In this document: piece after piece, positions 26,971 through 36,287 of the stretch
How the letters are laid out: the number at the start of each line of letters is the position of its first letter
How positions within the stretch are numbered: the first letter of the stretch is position 1
Source: a virus
IMG/VR virus record: IMGVR_UViG_3300025151_000016
Length of the DNA: 64,000 nucleotides
Strand: one strand, 5' to 3'
Made by a program: the position numbers and the translations under genes
The notes under the pieces: generated by a model
The model's database searches: none
Seen by the model: only the letters and a program-made list of their open reading frames with translations
Told to the model about the DNA's origin: nothing

Positions 26971-28214
26971 ACGAAAAATTCCTCGAGTCCTTGTGGTTGG
27001 TTGCTAGTAGTGTTCAAAGCGAGATCGATAATTTCTTTCACAACCATTTCTCCATCGGAGTGTTGCTTCCAAAATTCAAACGCCATCTCTCTCCAATCAT
27101 CTCTCATCGCAGGATCATTTTTAAGTTTGACCATTTGGTCGCGGCACTCATTAAAGTTAGTATAGTCAACGCCTAGAGTGCCAGAGTTTTGACATTGACT
27201 AATTGGTTTACCTTGTACAGGATGAATTACATTATCACAAAAGTGTTTGTGAAATAACGGTACTGTACCTGAAGCTATACATTCGGCGTGGCAATTTTCT
27301 ATATTGTTACCATAGTGTTCTGCTTTTAAAAAGTATAAGTCAGAACCAAATGCTGACCGTGACATACGATCCATAGCTTCTGAGTTTATATATTGTGGAT
27401 AAAGGTATGCACCTTTGCCTTCAACTTCTTTGCCATACAAATCAGGTGTAAACTTAACTTCATTAAATTGTTTCTCAGGTCTGAAATGATTTTCTACAAT
27501 TCTACGATCTGTAGGATTGTCTGATTTATTATCACGATATAAGACTAAAGGATATTGTATAGAAGCTTCTAGTCCTTCCAACACAGTGATAAATCCTTGT
27601 TCCATCAAAGCATCTTGATGGAAGTCAATCATAACACTTGGTCCTTTCCACATAGCAGTACGGCCAATCCATCTTACCATGTTGTGTTGTTGTTCTTCAA
27701 TAGGACGCCAGTACTTTGCACGGTGTCCATCATAATCAAAGCCAAGTCCCATCTTTGTAAGTGGAGTTTCAATCTTGTTTTTTCTCATAAACTTACAGAA
27801 ATCATTTTCCATACTATGAGTCATAATAACATCTACATTTTCGCATACTTCTTTTAAGTTAGCATTACGTGCAATGGATGCTGCTTTATGATCTACGTTA
27901 ATAAACGCTTTACGAATATTAATATGTTTAAGAAACGGAATAAAATTATCCTGGCATTCTTGAGGATGACTCTTTGAAGGTACTGAATATATGATACACA
28001 AATCAAAATATTCATTAATCCAATTGGCATTTATCTCCCATTCATTTGCCATTGAGAATTCTTTTTGCTTTATATCTAATCCTTTGGCTCTACCCCATTT
28101 TTTATCAGTAGCAGATAAGATATGAGCACCCGTTACTTTTTGCATTTGTATTGCACACTGTGTAACACCGCAACCTTCAGTGCCGCGACCAAGGACAATT
28201 GCAATTCTAGTCAT
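26967..28214 (-). CDS. agt: DNA glycosyltransferase, T4 alpha-glucosyltransferase homolog
   Basis: N-terminal I.I.LGRG.EGCGVT resembles T4 AGT; WIGR...WKG; E....E.IA.GTVP.F. Confidence 0.8.
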   Translation of the reverse strand: MTRIAIVLGRGTEGCGVTQCAIQMQKVTGAHILSATDKKWGRAKGLDIKQKEFSMANEWEINANWINEYFDLCIIYSVPSKSHPQECQDNFIPFLKHINIRKAFINVDHKAASIARNANLKEVCENVDVIMTHSMENDFCKFMRKNKIETPLTKMGLGFDYDGHRAKYWRPIEEQQHNMVRWIGRTAMWKGPSVMIDFHQDALMEQGFITVLEGLEASIQYPLVLYRDNKSDNPTDRRIVENHFRPEKQFNEVKFTPDLYGKEVEGKGAYLYPQYINSEAMDRMSRSAFGSDLYFLKAEHYGNNIENCHAECIASGTVPLFHKHFCDNVIHPVQGKPISQCQNSGTLGVDYTNFNECRDQMVKLKNDPAMRDDWREMAFEFWKQHSDGEMVVKEIIDLALNTTSNQPQGLEEFFV

Positions 28215-28590
28215 TAATAAATTCCTTACATTCAATTAAAACATTATGTACGTATTTATGATCGTTTAACTTACGATTTCTAGGGGAAGGATGTGGTAAG
28301 ACAAAGTGATCTTCGAAACCAAGACGTTTCAAATAGCTCGATACCATTGAACCCCATACAACTATCTTATCATAGTTTTTAAGACTTGTACATAATAAAG
28401 TGTGATCAAAAGTCTTAAATTTAAAATCCCATTCAGGATCAAATGATAAGTTAGTGAAGGAGACATGTGTGAGGTCCAGTTGATCTAACCAGCTATGAAA
28501 TCTTTTGTACGCAGATCCCTTTGCCTTACTCACTGCTACCTTTGAAGGATTCATTCCAACAAAGATAATTCTAGACCGAAACGAATTCAT
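28207..28590 (-). CDS. Uracil-DNA glycosylase superfamily-like protein
   Basis: IFVGMNPS, FTNL, LPHPSPRN motifs. Confidence 0.7.
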   Translation of the reverse strand: MNSFRSRIIFVGMNPSKVAVSKAKGSAYKRFHSWLDQLDLTHVSFTNLSFDPEWDFKFKTFDHTLLCTSLKNYDKIVVWGSMVSSYLKRLGFEDHFVLPHPSPRNRKLNDHKYVHNVLIECKEFIND

Positions 28591-29038
28591 ATTCAATTCC
28601 AGCTTCTTCAAACATAGCTGAAGTTAAAGCAAATGATTCAACCCAATGCTCAGGTATTTCCTGATTAGGCATAACCACACGTTTAACACCAACTTGAATT
28701 ACGCCTTTAGCGCAATCAGAACAAACAGGTAAACCCCACACGTATAATGTAGATCCATCAAGTGATACACCATTATATGTAGCGTTGTATATTACATTCT
28801 GTTCTGCATGAACAACATACCTGTACTTAATTTTCTTGACAGCGTATCTATTCAAATCATCTTTTATACCACGAGGAAAGCCATTGTATCCTTGAGCAAG
28901 TACCTGCCCTTTCTTTCCTATAGCAACAGCACCAATCTTAGATGACGGGTCCTTTGACCAAGTGCTTACTTCCTTTGCTAATCCTAGGTATCTTATATCC
29001 CATTTATTTGACAAGGTGAAAGTGCCTTTCATATACAT
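28571..29038 (-). CDS. cd: dCMP deaminase
   Basis: WSKDPS..IGAV, GYNGFPRG, HAEQN, PVCSDC. Confidence 0.92.
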   Translation of the reverse strand: MYMKGTFTLSNKWDIRYLGLAKEVSTWSKDPSSKIGAVAIGKKGQVLAQGYNGFPRGIKDDLNRYAVKKIKYRYVVHAEQNVIYNATYNGVSLDGSTLYVWGLPVCSDCAKGVIQVGVKRVVMPNQEIPEHWVESFALTSAMFEEAGIEYEFVSV

Positions 29039-29690
29039 GCAAGTTTTGTACTTGCCACATAATCATACCGGGTTGAAGTCCTTCATAGCTGTGGGCATGT
29101 CGATCAATTCTGTTTATGTTATCACATAGCAATGAGAGTACATGCATTTGCCAGGCATAATCATTCTTATAACCAAACACTACATCATTCGAACGCATTT
29201 GAACTACAGCGTTAAGTACATCATCACGAATGTAATAGCTCACAGCGTTTGTACATATGAAATCATTCTTTTCGTTTTCATTGTATTCTAGCCAGACAGA
29301 AGGACGATTGTATACCATTGTAGCTCTACGTCCATCAGGATTTTCAATTAACTCATCAAGGACATGACCATACTGTTGGTGGTACTTATCAGACCAGATA
29401 AGATGACCATAGTTTGAATTAATTTCACCGTGTTTATTTGCTGCGTATTGCCAAGCTTGTGGAACACTTTCACCAATATCATTTACGTTTGTGGATTGAC
29501 TTTCATACCAATCTAATTCTTCTTGAATATAATCATAGTTTGGCGAACCAAAGATAGCAGGCTCATCAGCAACAAACGATGCACCAATCAGTTCAATAGT
29601 TTTTTGACCGGTTCTATCGATTGTAAATGCTTCATCATTGAGTTCACCAATAAAGAACTGGCGAATATCATGTACACTATGTAGTTTCAT
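29004..29690 (-). CDS. gp42: dCMP hydroxymethylase (T4 gp42-like, thymidylate synthase fold)
   Basis: INSNYG, DFICTN, MRSNDVVFGYKNDYAW (Asp at the dCMP-specificity position), NLHVYERHF. Confidence 0.9.
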   Translation of the reverse strand: MKLHSVHDIRQFFIGELNDEAFTIDRTGQKTIELIGASFVADEPAIFGSPNYDYIQEELDWYESQSTNVNDIGESVPQAWQYAANKHGEINSNYGHLIWSDKYHQQYGHVLDELIENPDGRRATMVYNRPSVWLEYNENEKNDFICTNAVSYYIRDDVLNAVVQMRSNDVVFGYKNDYAWQMHVLSLLCDNINRIDRHAHSYEGLQPGMIMWQVQNLHVYERHFHLVK

Positions 29691-30030
29691 TTTTTACTCG
29701 CTTTGGACGATTTAGAAAGTCACGATCAGGATCTTGGCCATCAATACCATTATTCATATATGCAGCAAAGAATGAAGCATAGTTAATAATATCAATGCAT
29801 GAATCTTCGAGGCTTTCAAAGTTTGGTTCGTAATTTGGATCAGATTCCATTGCTTCGAGTACTGATTGCATGCGTAACACTTTTGCATACATTGTATCAA
29901 GAAGAGTTGAACAACCTCTAGGGTAATACATTGCTTGTTGTATTCTAGAGCTTGGGTTCTGGTAATCATTACCTTTTCTGTTTTGTACTTCTGCAGCTTT
30001 CTGCAAAACTTTAAGTGATTCTTTACTCAT
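29677..30030 (-). CDS. Nucleotide-modification-associated small protein (DUF1599/Nmad1-like)
   Basis: K..DY...K..R...ESLEDS..D.INY. Confidence 0.65.
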   Translation of the reverse strand: MSKESLKVLQKAAEVQNRKGNDYQNPSSRIQQAMYYPRGCSTLLDTMYAKVLRMQSVLEAMESDPNYEPNFESLEDSCIDIINYASFFAAYMNNGIDGQDPDRDFLNRPKRVKNETT

Positions 30031-30600
30031 TTATCTTGTACCTCTACCACGTATTTCACGGTTAACCTTAGGGCGAAAATGCTTGATGGAAGCACCTTCA
30101 ATATACTCAGCCATGCCATCAATATTGAATTGACTAGTATTAATATATTTTATAACAATTTCTAAAGATTGTAAACCATTTTCTGTGAGAAACTCTCTAA
30201 ATTTTCTACCAGATGATTCACTAATTACACTATCATCTAGAAAACTTCTTAGATGATTACCTTGGCGGCTATTGATGCTTGCAGATGGAGCGTCTGTTTT
30301 ACCAATATAAAGTGTATAAGGTCCTAATGTAACAAACCAACCGTATACACCTTTTGCTTTGCTTGCTGCAAAAGGAGCCGGTCCTCTTTGACCAGGAATT
30401 CTTTCAAGCTTCTTAGGAACTTCTAAAAATTCATAATCAAAATCTACATATGGAAGAGATTTGCCGGCAAAATCTGGTAGATCTCTTGGAGGCATATTCT
30501 TTTTATGTAAACGTATTTTTCCATAAACTTCAGCCTCATCCCATAATTTTTTAATATCAATCGAACTAAGCATTGATGCTAAATTATTTAATATAGACAT
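30031..30600 (-). CDS. GIY-YIG-like endonuclease
   Basis: GVYGW...LYIGKT...SRQ..H...E...I.HF.P..N. Confidence 0.65.
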   Translation of the reverse strand: MSILNNLASMLSSIDIKKLWDEAEVYGKIRLHKKNMPPRDLPDFAGKSLPYVDFDYEFLEVPKKLERIPGQRGPAPFAASKAKGVYGWFVTLGPYTLYIGKTDAPSASINSRQGNHLRSFLDDSVISESSGRKFREFLTENGLQSLEIVIKYINTSQFNIDGMAEYIEGASIKHFRPKVNREIRGRGTR

Positions 30601-30878
30601 TATCTGTAATCCCGAATGTATACGTCCCAATGCGTTGCATTTTCTTTTGGCGTATCTTTTGCCCAACGATGTAAACGTGGACCACGTGGTCTGCACCATA
30701 CACCTTGTGTAGGACGATCACGATTAATATCAAAGTATGGGGATTTGCGATAGTTCTTGATGAAGCTGTTGCGATAAGCAAGTAGTTCTTTAAGTCCAGC
30801 AATAGCAGGATCATCAAGAGTTTTAACCGTAAAACGATAATTTTCGGATGTACGATTTTTATAAGTTACATAAGCCAT
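30600..30878 (-). CDS. Hypothetical protein
   Basis: RGPR...A..WDVY pattern; coupled to neighbours. Confidence 0.65.
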   Translation of the reverse strand: MAYVTYKNRTSENYRFTVKTLDDPAIAGLKELLAYRNSFIKNYRKSPYFDINRDRPTQGVWCRPRGPRLHRWAKDTPKENATHWDVYIRDYR

Positions 30879-31081
30879 TATGATGCCTCCAGTAACTTTT
30901 CAAATTCTATTTCATTTGCTTTTTCTTCACGCTCAACATTCTTTTCAAGATCTTCACAAATATCGAGCAACTCAATAATTATTTGAGTACGGGCCATTTG
31001 TTGGTTGAATGCTCTACGAGCGAGACTAGACAATTTCTTTTTCATTGTCATTGCGTCTTGTATATCACGAACTATAATCAT
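30878..31081 (-). CDS. Hypothetical early protein
   Basis: AAGGAG RBS, early promoter upstream. Confidence 0.7.
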   Translation of the reverse strand: MIIVRDIQDAMTMKKKLSSLARRAFNQQMARTQIIIELLDICEDLEKNVEREEKANEIEFEKLLEAS

Positions 31082-31106
31082 AGTATCTCCTTCATTTATA
31101 GATACT

Positions 31107-31135
31107 ATTCTACCACAGTTAAAACCAAATGTAAA
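31107..31135 (-). promoter_or_regulatory. Sigma70-type early promoter
   Basis: TTTACA-N17-TAGAAT. Confidence 0.85.
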
Positions 31136-31163
31136 CCTTTTTGTTTCGTTTTAAAACAATAAC

Positions 31164-31637
31164 TTAGAATTTTGTTAAGAATTGTGCTATTCTTCCTACA
31201 AATGGTAACAGCATAAGTGCCATCATAAGATTCATACCAGTATGTGCCATAGCTATTCGTAAGGTATCACCTTTTGGCCAGCCATCAGATACAAAGATAC
31301 CGGCTAACCATATGGTTCCAGTAGTTCCAATGTTAGCTCCTAACACAGCAGCAACTGCGGCTGGTAGCGGTAAGGCGCCTGAAGCAACTAACGCAATGAT
31401 TGCAGTAGTTGATAATGAAGACGATTGCCACAAGAGTGTCATTACTATTCCACCAATAAACATGTATATCGGATTACCTAAAAAGAATTGTAAGTGGTCC
31501 ATGTTACCCATTGACTTCATACCACCTGAGAATGTTTTAAGTCCAATGTAAAATATTACTAAGCCAACTAAAGCAGTTATTACGGGATTTCCTAGATCCA
31601 TTTTCTTTACCTTCTTCCAAAGTTTTTTATTCGACAT
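31164..31637 (-). CDS. Na/Pi cotransporter family protein (single repeat)
   Basis: QSSS motif, GANIGTT, 4-5 TM segments. Confidence 0.85.
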   Translation of the reverse strand: MSNKKLWKKVKKMDLGNPVITALVGLVIFYIGLKTFSGGMKSMGNMDHLQFFLGNPIYMFIGGIVMTLLWQSSSLSTTAIIALVASGALPLPAAVAAVLGANIGTTGTIWLAGIFVSDGWPKGDTLRIAMAHTGMNLMMALMLLPFVGRIAQFLTKF

Positions 31638-31638
31638 A

Positions 31639-32052
31639 TTACAAACCTTTATCTAATTCCCCATGATTATCTTCATGGTTCGGTCCTACCCATCCATCAG
31701 GCTTCAATAGATCTGGTAGACCAAATGGATTAGGACGTCCTGGTTTTACGCCAACCTGTTTATTCATATTGGCTTTATATATCTCGTCCCAAGCTTTACT
31801 TGCATCAACATTGAATACATCAAGTGTACCGATAGCAAAAACACATAGATCAATCAAGCCATCTACAATTTCTTCTGAATTACCAGAGTTGGCAGCTTGC
31901 ATAGTTTCATGTAATTCTTCTTGACACATAAGCAAACGGAACATAAGGTACTTGTTCATAAGTACTTTATCATCTTTATTCTTTTCAAACCATTCATTGA
32001 CACCATACTTCTTATGCATGTCTGCCATGTCTTGTACCCAATTAGTACTCAT
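31639..32052 (-). CDS. MazG-like all-alpha NTP pyrophosphohydrolase (possible dCTPase/dUTPase)
   Basis: EE..E...E.VDGL.D, ANM.K...KP.GW..P. Confidence 0.8.
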   Translation of the reverse strand: MSTNWVQDMADMHKKYGVNEWFEKNKDDKVLMNKYLMFRLLMCQEELHETMQAANSGNSEEIVDGLIDLCVFAIGTLDVFNVDASKAWDEIYKANMNKQVGVKPGRPNPFGLPDLLKPDGWVGPNHEDNHGELDKGL

Positions 32053-32076
32053 ACTTTACCCTTTATTGTTTTGTAC

Positions 32077-32105
32077 ATTATATCACCTTTTGCATAGTAA
32101 GTAAA
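32077..32105 (-). promoter_or_regulatory. Sigma70-type promoter
   Basis: TTTACT-N17-TATAAT overlapping the GAPDH 3' end. Confidence 0.7.
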
Positions 32106-33064
32106 CCTTTCATGTAGTTTGCAACATCAGCCATTCTACAACTAAATGCCCATTCGTTATCATACCAGGCTAATACTCTAACTAAATTATTATTTGATAC
32201 TCGTGTTTGTTCTGGTGCAAAAATACAACTTTCTTTTGTTGTATTAAAATCACTGCTTACGAGTGGCAATGGCTCGTAGCCAATAATGCCAGACATATCA
32301 TTACGTGTGCTTTCATATACATGTTTATTAACAATGCTTTCAGTAACTTGTTCTTTAACTTGTACTGTTAAATCAATGCAACTTACATTTGGCGTAGGTA
32401 CTCTTATTGCTCCGCCCATTATTTTACCATTGACAGGAGGATAAACTTCTCCTAGTGCCTTTGTTGCTCCTGTGCTTGTTGGAATCATATTGACAGCACC
32501 TGCTCTTGCTCTATAAGGATCTTTGTGCCTTTTATCTATAGTGCTTTGGTCTCCGGTGTAACTATGTATTGTTGTCATTTGTCCTGCTACAATACCACAG
32601 GTTTCATCTAATATTTTAACAAGTGGCGCTAAACAGTTTGTTGTACAACTTGCATTGCTAACAACGTGTTCGTGCTTCTGTATGTCATTATGGTTCACAC
32701 CATATACTACTGTGCGTTTACATTCTTTAGCAGGCGCACTTATGACAACTTTCTTTGCTCCATTTATTGTATGATGCATGCATTCAACACCGTTATTGTA
32801 AGCACCCGTACATTCTAATACAACATCAACATTATGCCACTTTAGTTTTTTTATATCTCTTTCTTCTGTCCATACCAAAGGTTCATGTATAGGACCTGTG
32901 TAACGCCCATGCACACTATCATACTTTAACAAGTGAAGGTTTACTTCTTCTCCACCTGAAGCATTGATTTGAACTACATTCATATCATTACGTTGGCTCA
33001 TTATGTGTCTTGCAACACAACGTCCTATACGACCGAAGCCATTGATACCTATATTAAGTTTCAT
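32078..33064 (-). CDS. gap: Glyceraldehyde-3-phosphate dehydrogenase, type I
   Basis: GINGFGRIGR, LKYDSVHG, ASCTTNCLAP, TTIHSYTGDQ, RVPTPNVS, WYDNEW. Confidence 0.92.
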   Translation of the reverse strand: MKLNIGINGFGRIGRCVARHIMSQRNDMNVVQINASGGEEVNLHLLKYDSVHGRYTGPIHEPLVWTEERDIKKLKWHNVDVVLECTGAYNNGVECMHHTINGAKKVVISAPAKECKRTVVYGVNHNDIQKHEHVVSNASCTTNCLAPLVKILDETCGIVAGQMTTIHSYTGDQSTIDKRHKDPYRARAGAVNMIPTSTGATKALGEVYPPVNGKIMGGAIRVPTPNVSCIDLTVQVKEQVTESIVNKHVYESTRNDMSGIIGYEPLPLVSSDFNTTKESCIFAPEQTRVSNNNLVRVLAWYDNEWAFSCRMADVANYMKGLLTMQKVI

Positions 33065-33734
33065 TTATTTTTGGATATATTGCGCTAATTGCTTTAGCTA
33101 TTACTGTGGCCAGTTCCATATGTTCTTTTTGTGTCCCGTTTGCAGAACGTAACTCGATATAATGAATCCAGCTACGAATGGTGCCATTAACATAAAGCTT
33201 AGAAACTGTGTTCCCTTCTGGCAAGATTGCTCTTGCCTGTTCTTTTGCGATTCCTCGTTCGAGTGCTTCATTGTAGATCCTCTTTACATGTTCGATTACA
33301 AACTTTTGTTGAGCATCCCACCAAGCTTCAAGTGCTGGATCGGTTGCTTCAATACTATTCTGACGATTCTTTTCGTCCTGTAGTCGTGCTTCTCTTAAAA
33401 CAAAATCATTATTAAGATCATTGATGCTAGCATACCGCTGAGAAAACTCTTGAAATGAAAACGATCTGTGCCTGAGGAACTGCCTTGCGATGTCTCTTGT
33501 CGTTGTGACTTCGACACAGCAGCTTGCCATTTCGAATGGTGACCAGTGCTTGTGCTTGATGAGGTAGTCAAGTAACTTTCTCGTTGTTTTGGTGTTAGCC
33601 TGGTTCGATGGATTGGAGACACGGGCGCAATACGCGATGAGGTCTTGCGTGTTGTCGAGGCCCATGATACCGAGTTCACCGGAGTGTATGTGCCGAACAG
33701 GTTGTGAGTATGAGATGAGACGTGCATGCGTCAA
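33054..33734 (-). CDS. thyX: Flavin-dependent thymidylate synthase
   Basis: HWSPFE, RHRSFSFQEFSQRY, KEQARAILP. Confidence 0.95.
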   Translation of the reverse strand: MTHARLISYSQPVRHIHSGELGIMGLDNTQDLIAYCARVSNPSNQANTKTTRKLLDYLIKHKHWSPFEMASCCVEVTTTRDIARQFLRHRSFSFQEFSQRYASINDLNNDFVLREARLQDEKNRQNSIEATDPALEAWWDAQQKFVIEHVKRIYNEALERGIAKEQARAILPEGNTVSKLYVNGTIRSWIHYIELRSANGTQKEHMELATVIAKAISAIYPKINET

Positions 33735-33967
33735 TGCAGCGAGCCTCCCTCAGCAGACAACGTTTTTACATTATCTGAGTTATCTACAATTGCCTGAATC
33801 ATATCGTTATAGTCGCCTTCAGTTAACATTGTCTTCCACATGGAAAGAGATATTGTATTAAACACTGCAGCGATAGCGAGTGGTTCATTTTCAAAAAGTA
33901 AATCATCTGCGAAGTTCATTACTTTTTTGTATAATTTTTCTACATCTTGTATTTTATCATCTTGCAT
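33731..33967 (-). CDS. Hypothetical protein
   Basis: 78-aa ORF coupled to thyX. Confidence 0.65.
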   Translation of the reverse strand: MQDDKIQDVEKLYKKVMNFADDLLFENEPLAIAAVFNTISLSMWKTMLTEGDYNDMIQAIVDNSDNVKTLSAEGGSLH

Positions 33968-33968
33968 T

Positions 33969-35342
33969 TTATTCTACCTTAAAGTCCTTAAATCTTTCAT
34001 TCATTTTTGTTTTGTCAAAAGTTGGAGTATCATCAACTAATCCATCAGAGCCGCCGTCTGCGTCCTCTAGCCTCATCTTGGAGCGATCTACTTTTATCGC
34101 GAACCGTTTATATTGGGTCGGATCGTTATAACGATTCTTTAATTGTTTCACTAGTATCTGGCCAAGCGAGTTTAGTTCTTCGTTTGAAATAAGTGCGAAC
34201 ATGAGGTCGGCTGTAGCGGGTAATCCAAAAGACTCGCTCGTGTCTTCAAGCCCAATATCCGAAGAAGAATAACCTGCACGAGTCGTCTGTGTTGCAGATA
34301 CGATCGGTACGTCAAACTCCACCGCGAGACCTCGTATCTCCTCAGCAATTGCTTTAATGTAGGAGTATGAGTTGATTGCACCGCCCATTCCTTTCATTCT
34401 ACTAGATGCACAAATATTTAAATAATCAATAAAGATAATGTCAGGTATGAAGTTCTTCTTTAACTTCAATTCATTTAACAAAGCACGGAAGTGAGATGTG
34501 TTTGCTTGGCCAGTAGGATATTCCTTAATGATAAGCTTACCGTTAGTACGAGCAGCAATAGTGGAAACCTTATTGGTTAGCATTTCTTTGGAAAGATGTT
34601 CTAGCTGATCAATCGGTACGTCAAGTAGATTAGCATCCATACGTTCAGCGATTCTTTCCTCACTCATTTCCATAGTTATGTATAGGACATTCTTGCCTTG
34701 AGTTAAAGCCGATGCACCAACATGACACATGAATAGAGATTTACCTACACCGGTACCAGCAAGAGCAATGTTGAGTGTTTTATTTGGAAGACCACCTTTT
34801 GTAATCTTATTAAAGAACTCAAGATCAAATGGAATCCTTTCCTCTTGCTCATGATAGAAATCATAACGTTCACCGACATTTTCAATATAGTCGTGACCAA
34901 TGTTAGTATCAAAGGAAACAGCCAAAGCTTTTGATAGAATATCTGGTAAGGCATTCTTTGTAAGAGTCTGGTGTTTACCATCAATAATTGTAATTGATTG
35001 CATGATAGCATTATAGACTGCACGATCTTGACACCACTTTTCTGTAGTATCAACTAACCACTTATCATCAATCTGTTCTGTATCAAATATGCCAGGCATA
35101 ATCTCCACAGCATGACGATACTGTTCATCATTAAATTTATCTGATTGATCTAACTCAATCTTAAATGATTCTTGAGTTGGCAGTTTATTATACTTCGCAA
35201 CATACTTAGCAATCTCTTTAAATAGTTGCTGATAAACGCCTTCAAAATAGTCTGGTTGCACAAACGGCATTACCTTGCGTGTATACTTCTCGTTAGTGAG
35301 AAGGTTACGCAAGATAGTTTGTTCAATGTTAATATTATTCAC
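33969..35342 (-). CDS. gp41: Replicative DNA helicase
   Basis: AGTGVGKS, IDYLNI, SATQTTR, ESFGLPATAD, KQLKNRY. Confidence 0.96.
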   Translation of the reverse strand: MNNINIEQTILRNLLTNEKYTRKVMPFVQPDYFEGVYQQLFKEIAKYVAKYNKLPTQESFKIELDQSDKFNDEQYRHAVEIMPGIFDTEQIDDKWLVDTTEKWCQDRAVYNAIMQSITIIDGKHQTLTKNALPDILSKALAVSFDTNIGHDYIENVGERYDFYHEQEERIPFDLEFFNKITKGGLPNKTLNIALAGTGVGKSLFMCHVGASALTQGKNVLYITMEMSEERIAERMDANLLDVPIDQLEHLSKEMLTNKVSTIAARTNGKLIIKEYPTGQANTSHFRALLNELKLKKNFIPDIIFIDYLNICASSRMKGMGGAINSYSYIKAIAEEIRGLAVEFDVPIVSATQTTRAGYSSSDIGLEDTSESFGLPATADLMFALISNEELNSLGQILVKQLKNRYNDPTQYKRFAIKVDRSKMRLEDADGGSDGLVDDTPTFDKTKMNERFKDFKVE

Positions 35343-35523
35343 GTTCGGATAGTTCCTTTATACGTTTATATGCGTTCTGTAATTGTTCTTGTAAATCTCT
35401 TACATTCTTCTTTAATAAATTAATCTCTGCTATCATTTGACCAGCGTTATTCATAGGAACCTCCCAATATTCTTTTTGCTCTTTAGTGTGAGCCATTGCG
35501 TCAATATCATCTTTACTTATCAT
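35335..35523 (-). CDS. Small coiled-coil hypothetical protein
   Basis: 62-aa ORF directly after a promoter. Confidence 0.65.
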   Translation of the reverse strand: MISKDDIDAMAHTKEQKEYWEVPMNNAGQMIAEINLLKKNVRDLQEQLQNAYKRIKELSERE

Positions 35524-35528
35524 AATTT

Positions 35529-35557
35529 ATTCTACCACAGTTTTCATAGAAAGTAAA
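35529..35557 (-). promoter_or_regulatory. Sigma70-type promoter, probably leaderless mRNA
   Basis: TTTACT-N17-TAGAAT, 5 nt before ATG. Confidence 0.75.
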
Positions 35558-35560
35558 CCA

Positions 35561-35992
35561 TTATTGATTGTGTCCTCTACTCGTAGATAATATTTGAATA
35601 GAAGTTTCATCTGCCCATCCGTCATCCACTATTGCGGGTCCATGTCCTGTTCCATCAGGAGCAGCTGGTTCTTCCTCATCTAGCTTTACTTCTATTTGTT
35701 TGTCTTCCATGTTTTCATTTAAAGTTGACATCAATATGCTATGTAAGATATGACTAGCTGTTTTATCTAATCCAGGATCACCAGCCTTCACCCAATCAAT
35801 TGGAGTATATTCTAAGCTATAATCAAACTTAAGTTCCATTGTTTGTTCGTTTATCTTAATGCTAGTGTAACTAATATGACAACTCGAATAATCGCCTGTA
35901 AGTATTTCAATATGCCAGTAATCATCCTTTTCAGGAATTAATCTGTAGTTTCTATTCTCTACCCACTCTTCAGTTATTTTCGTTTTGACCAT
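35561..35992 (-). CDS. Hypothetical protein, paralog of the adjacent gene
   Basis: W.I.....Y....I.Y..IK.....L.F...TP...DP.L...A..IL pattern shared with 35970-36287. Confidence 0.7.
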   Translation of the reverse strand: MVKTKITEEWVENRNYRLIPEKDDYWHIEILTGDYSSCHISYTSIKINEQTMELKFDYSLEYTPIDWVKAGDPGLDKTASHILHSILMSTLNENMEDKQIEVKLDEEEPAAPDGTGHGPAIVDDGWADETSIQILSTSRGHNQ

Positions 35993-36287
35993 AGATCAAT
36001 GTCCCGTTTGCTAAATTAGTTTTTATTAAATCTTCAAGAATGATTCCAGCGTAGTCTTTAAACTCTGGATCTTCTGCACTTAAATTACTTATAGGAGTTT
36101 GACGGATAGCTAGCGTAAATGCTAACTTATTATTTACACCATCAAACTTTACGTTACCAAAGGCGCATATCGTACCTTTATATTTACTTTCACGAAACTC
36201 AACTTCCCAAGCTTGTGAATTATCAACGCCGTCCATCTTATGCAGGACATAATGAATACCTTCACTTACTTTATCTAAGTTAATCAT
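35970..36287 (-). CDS. Hypothetical protein between uvsX and gp41
   Basis: 105-aa ORF; paralog of 35561-35992. Confidence 0.7.
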   Translation of the reverse strand: MINLDKVSEGIHYVLHKMDGVDNSQAWEVEFRESKYKGTICAFGNVKFDGVNNKLAFTLAIRQTPISNLSAEDPEFKDYAGIILEDLIKTNLANGTLIYGQNENN

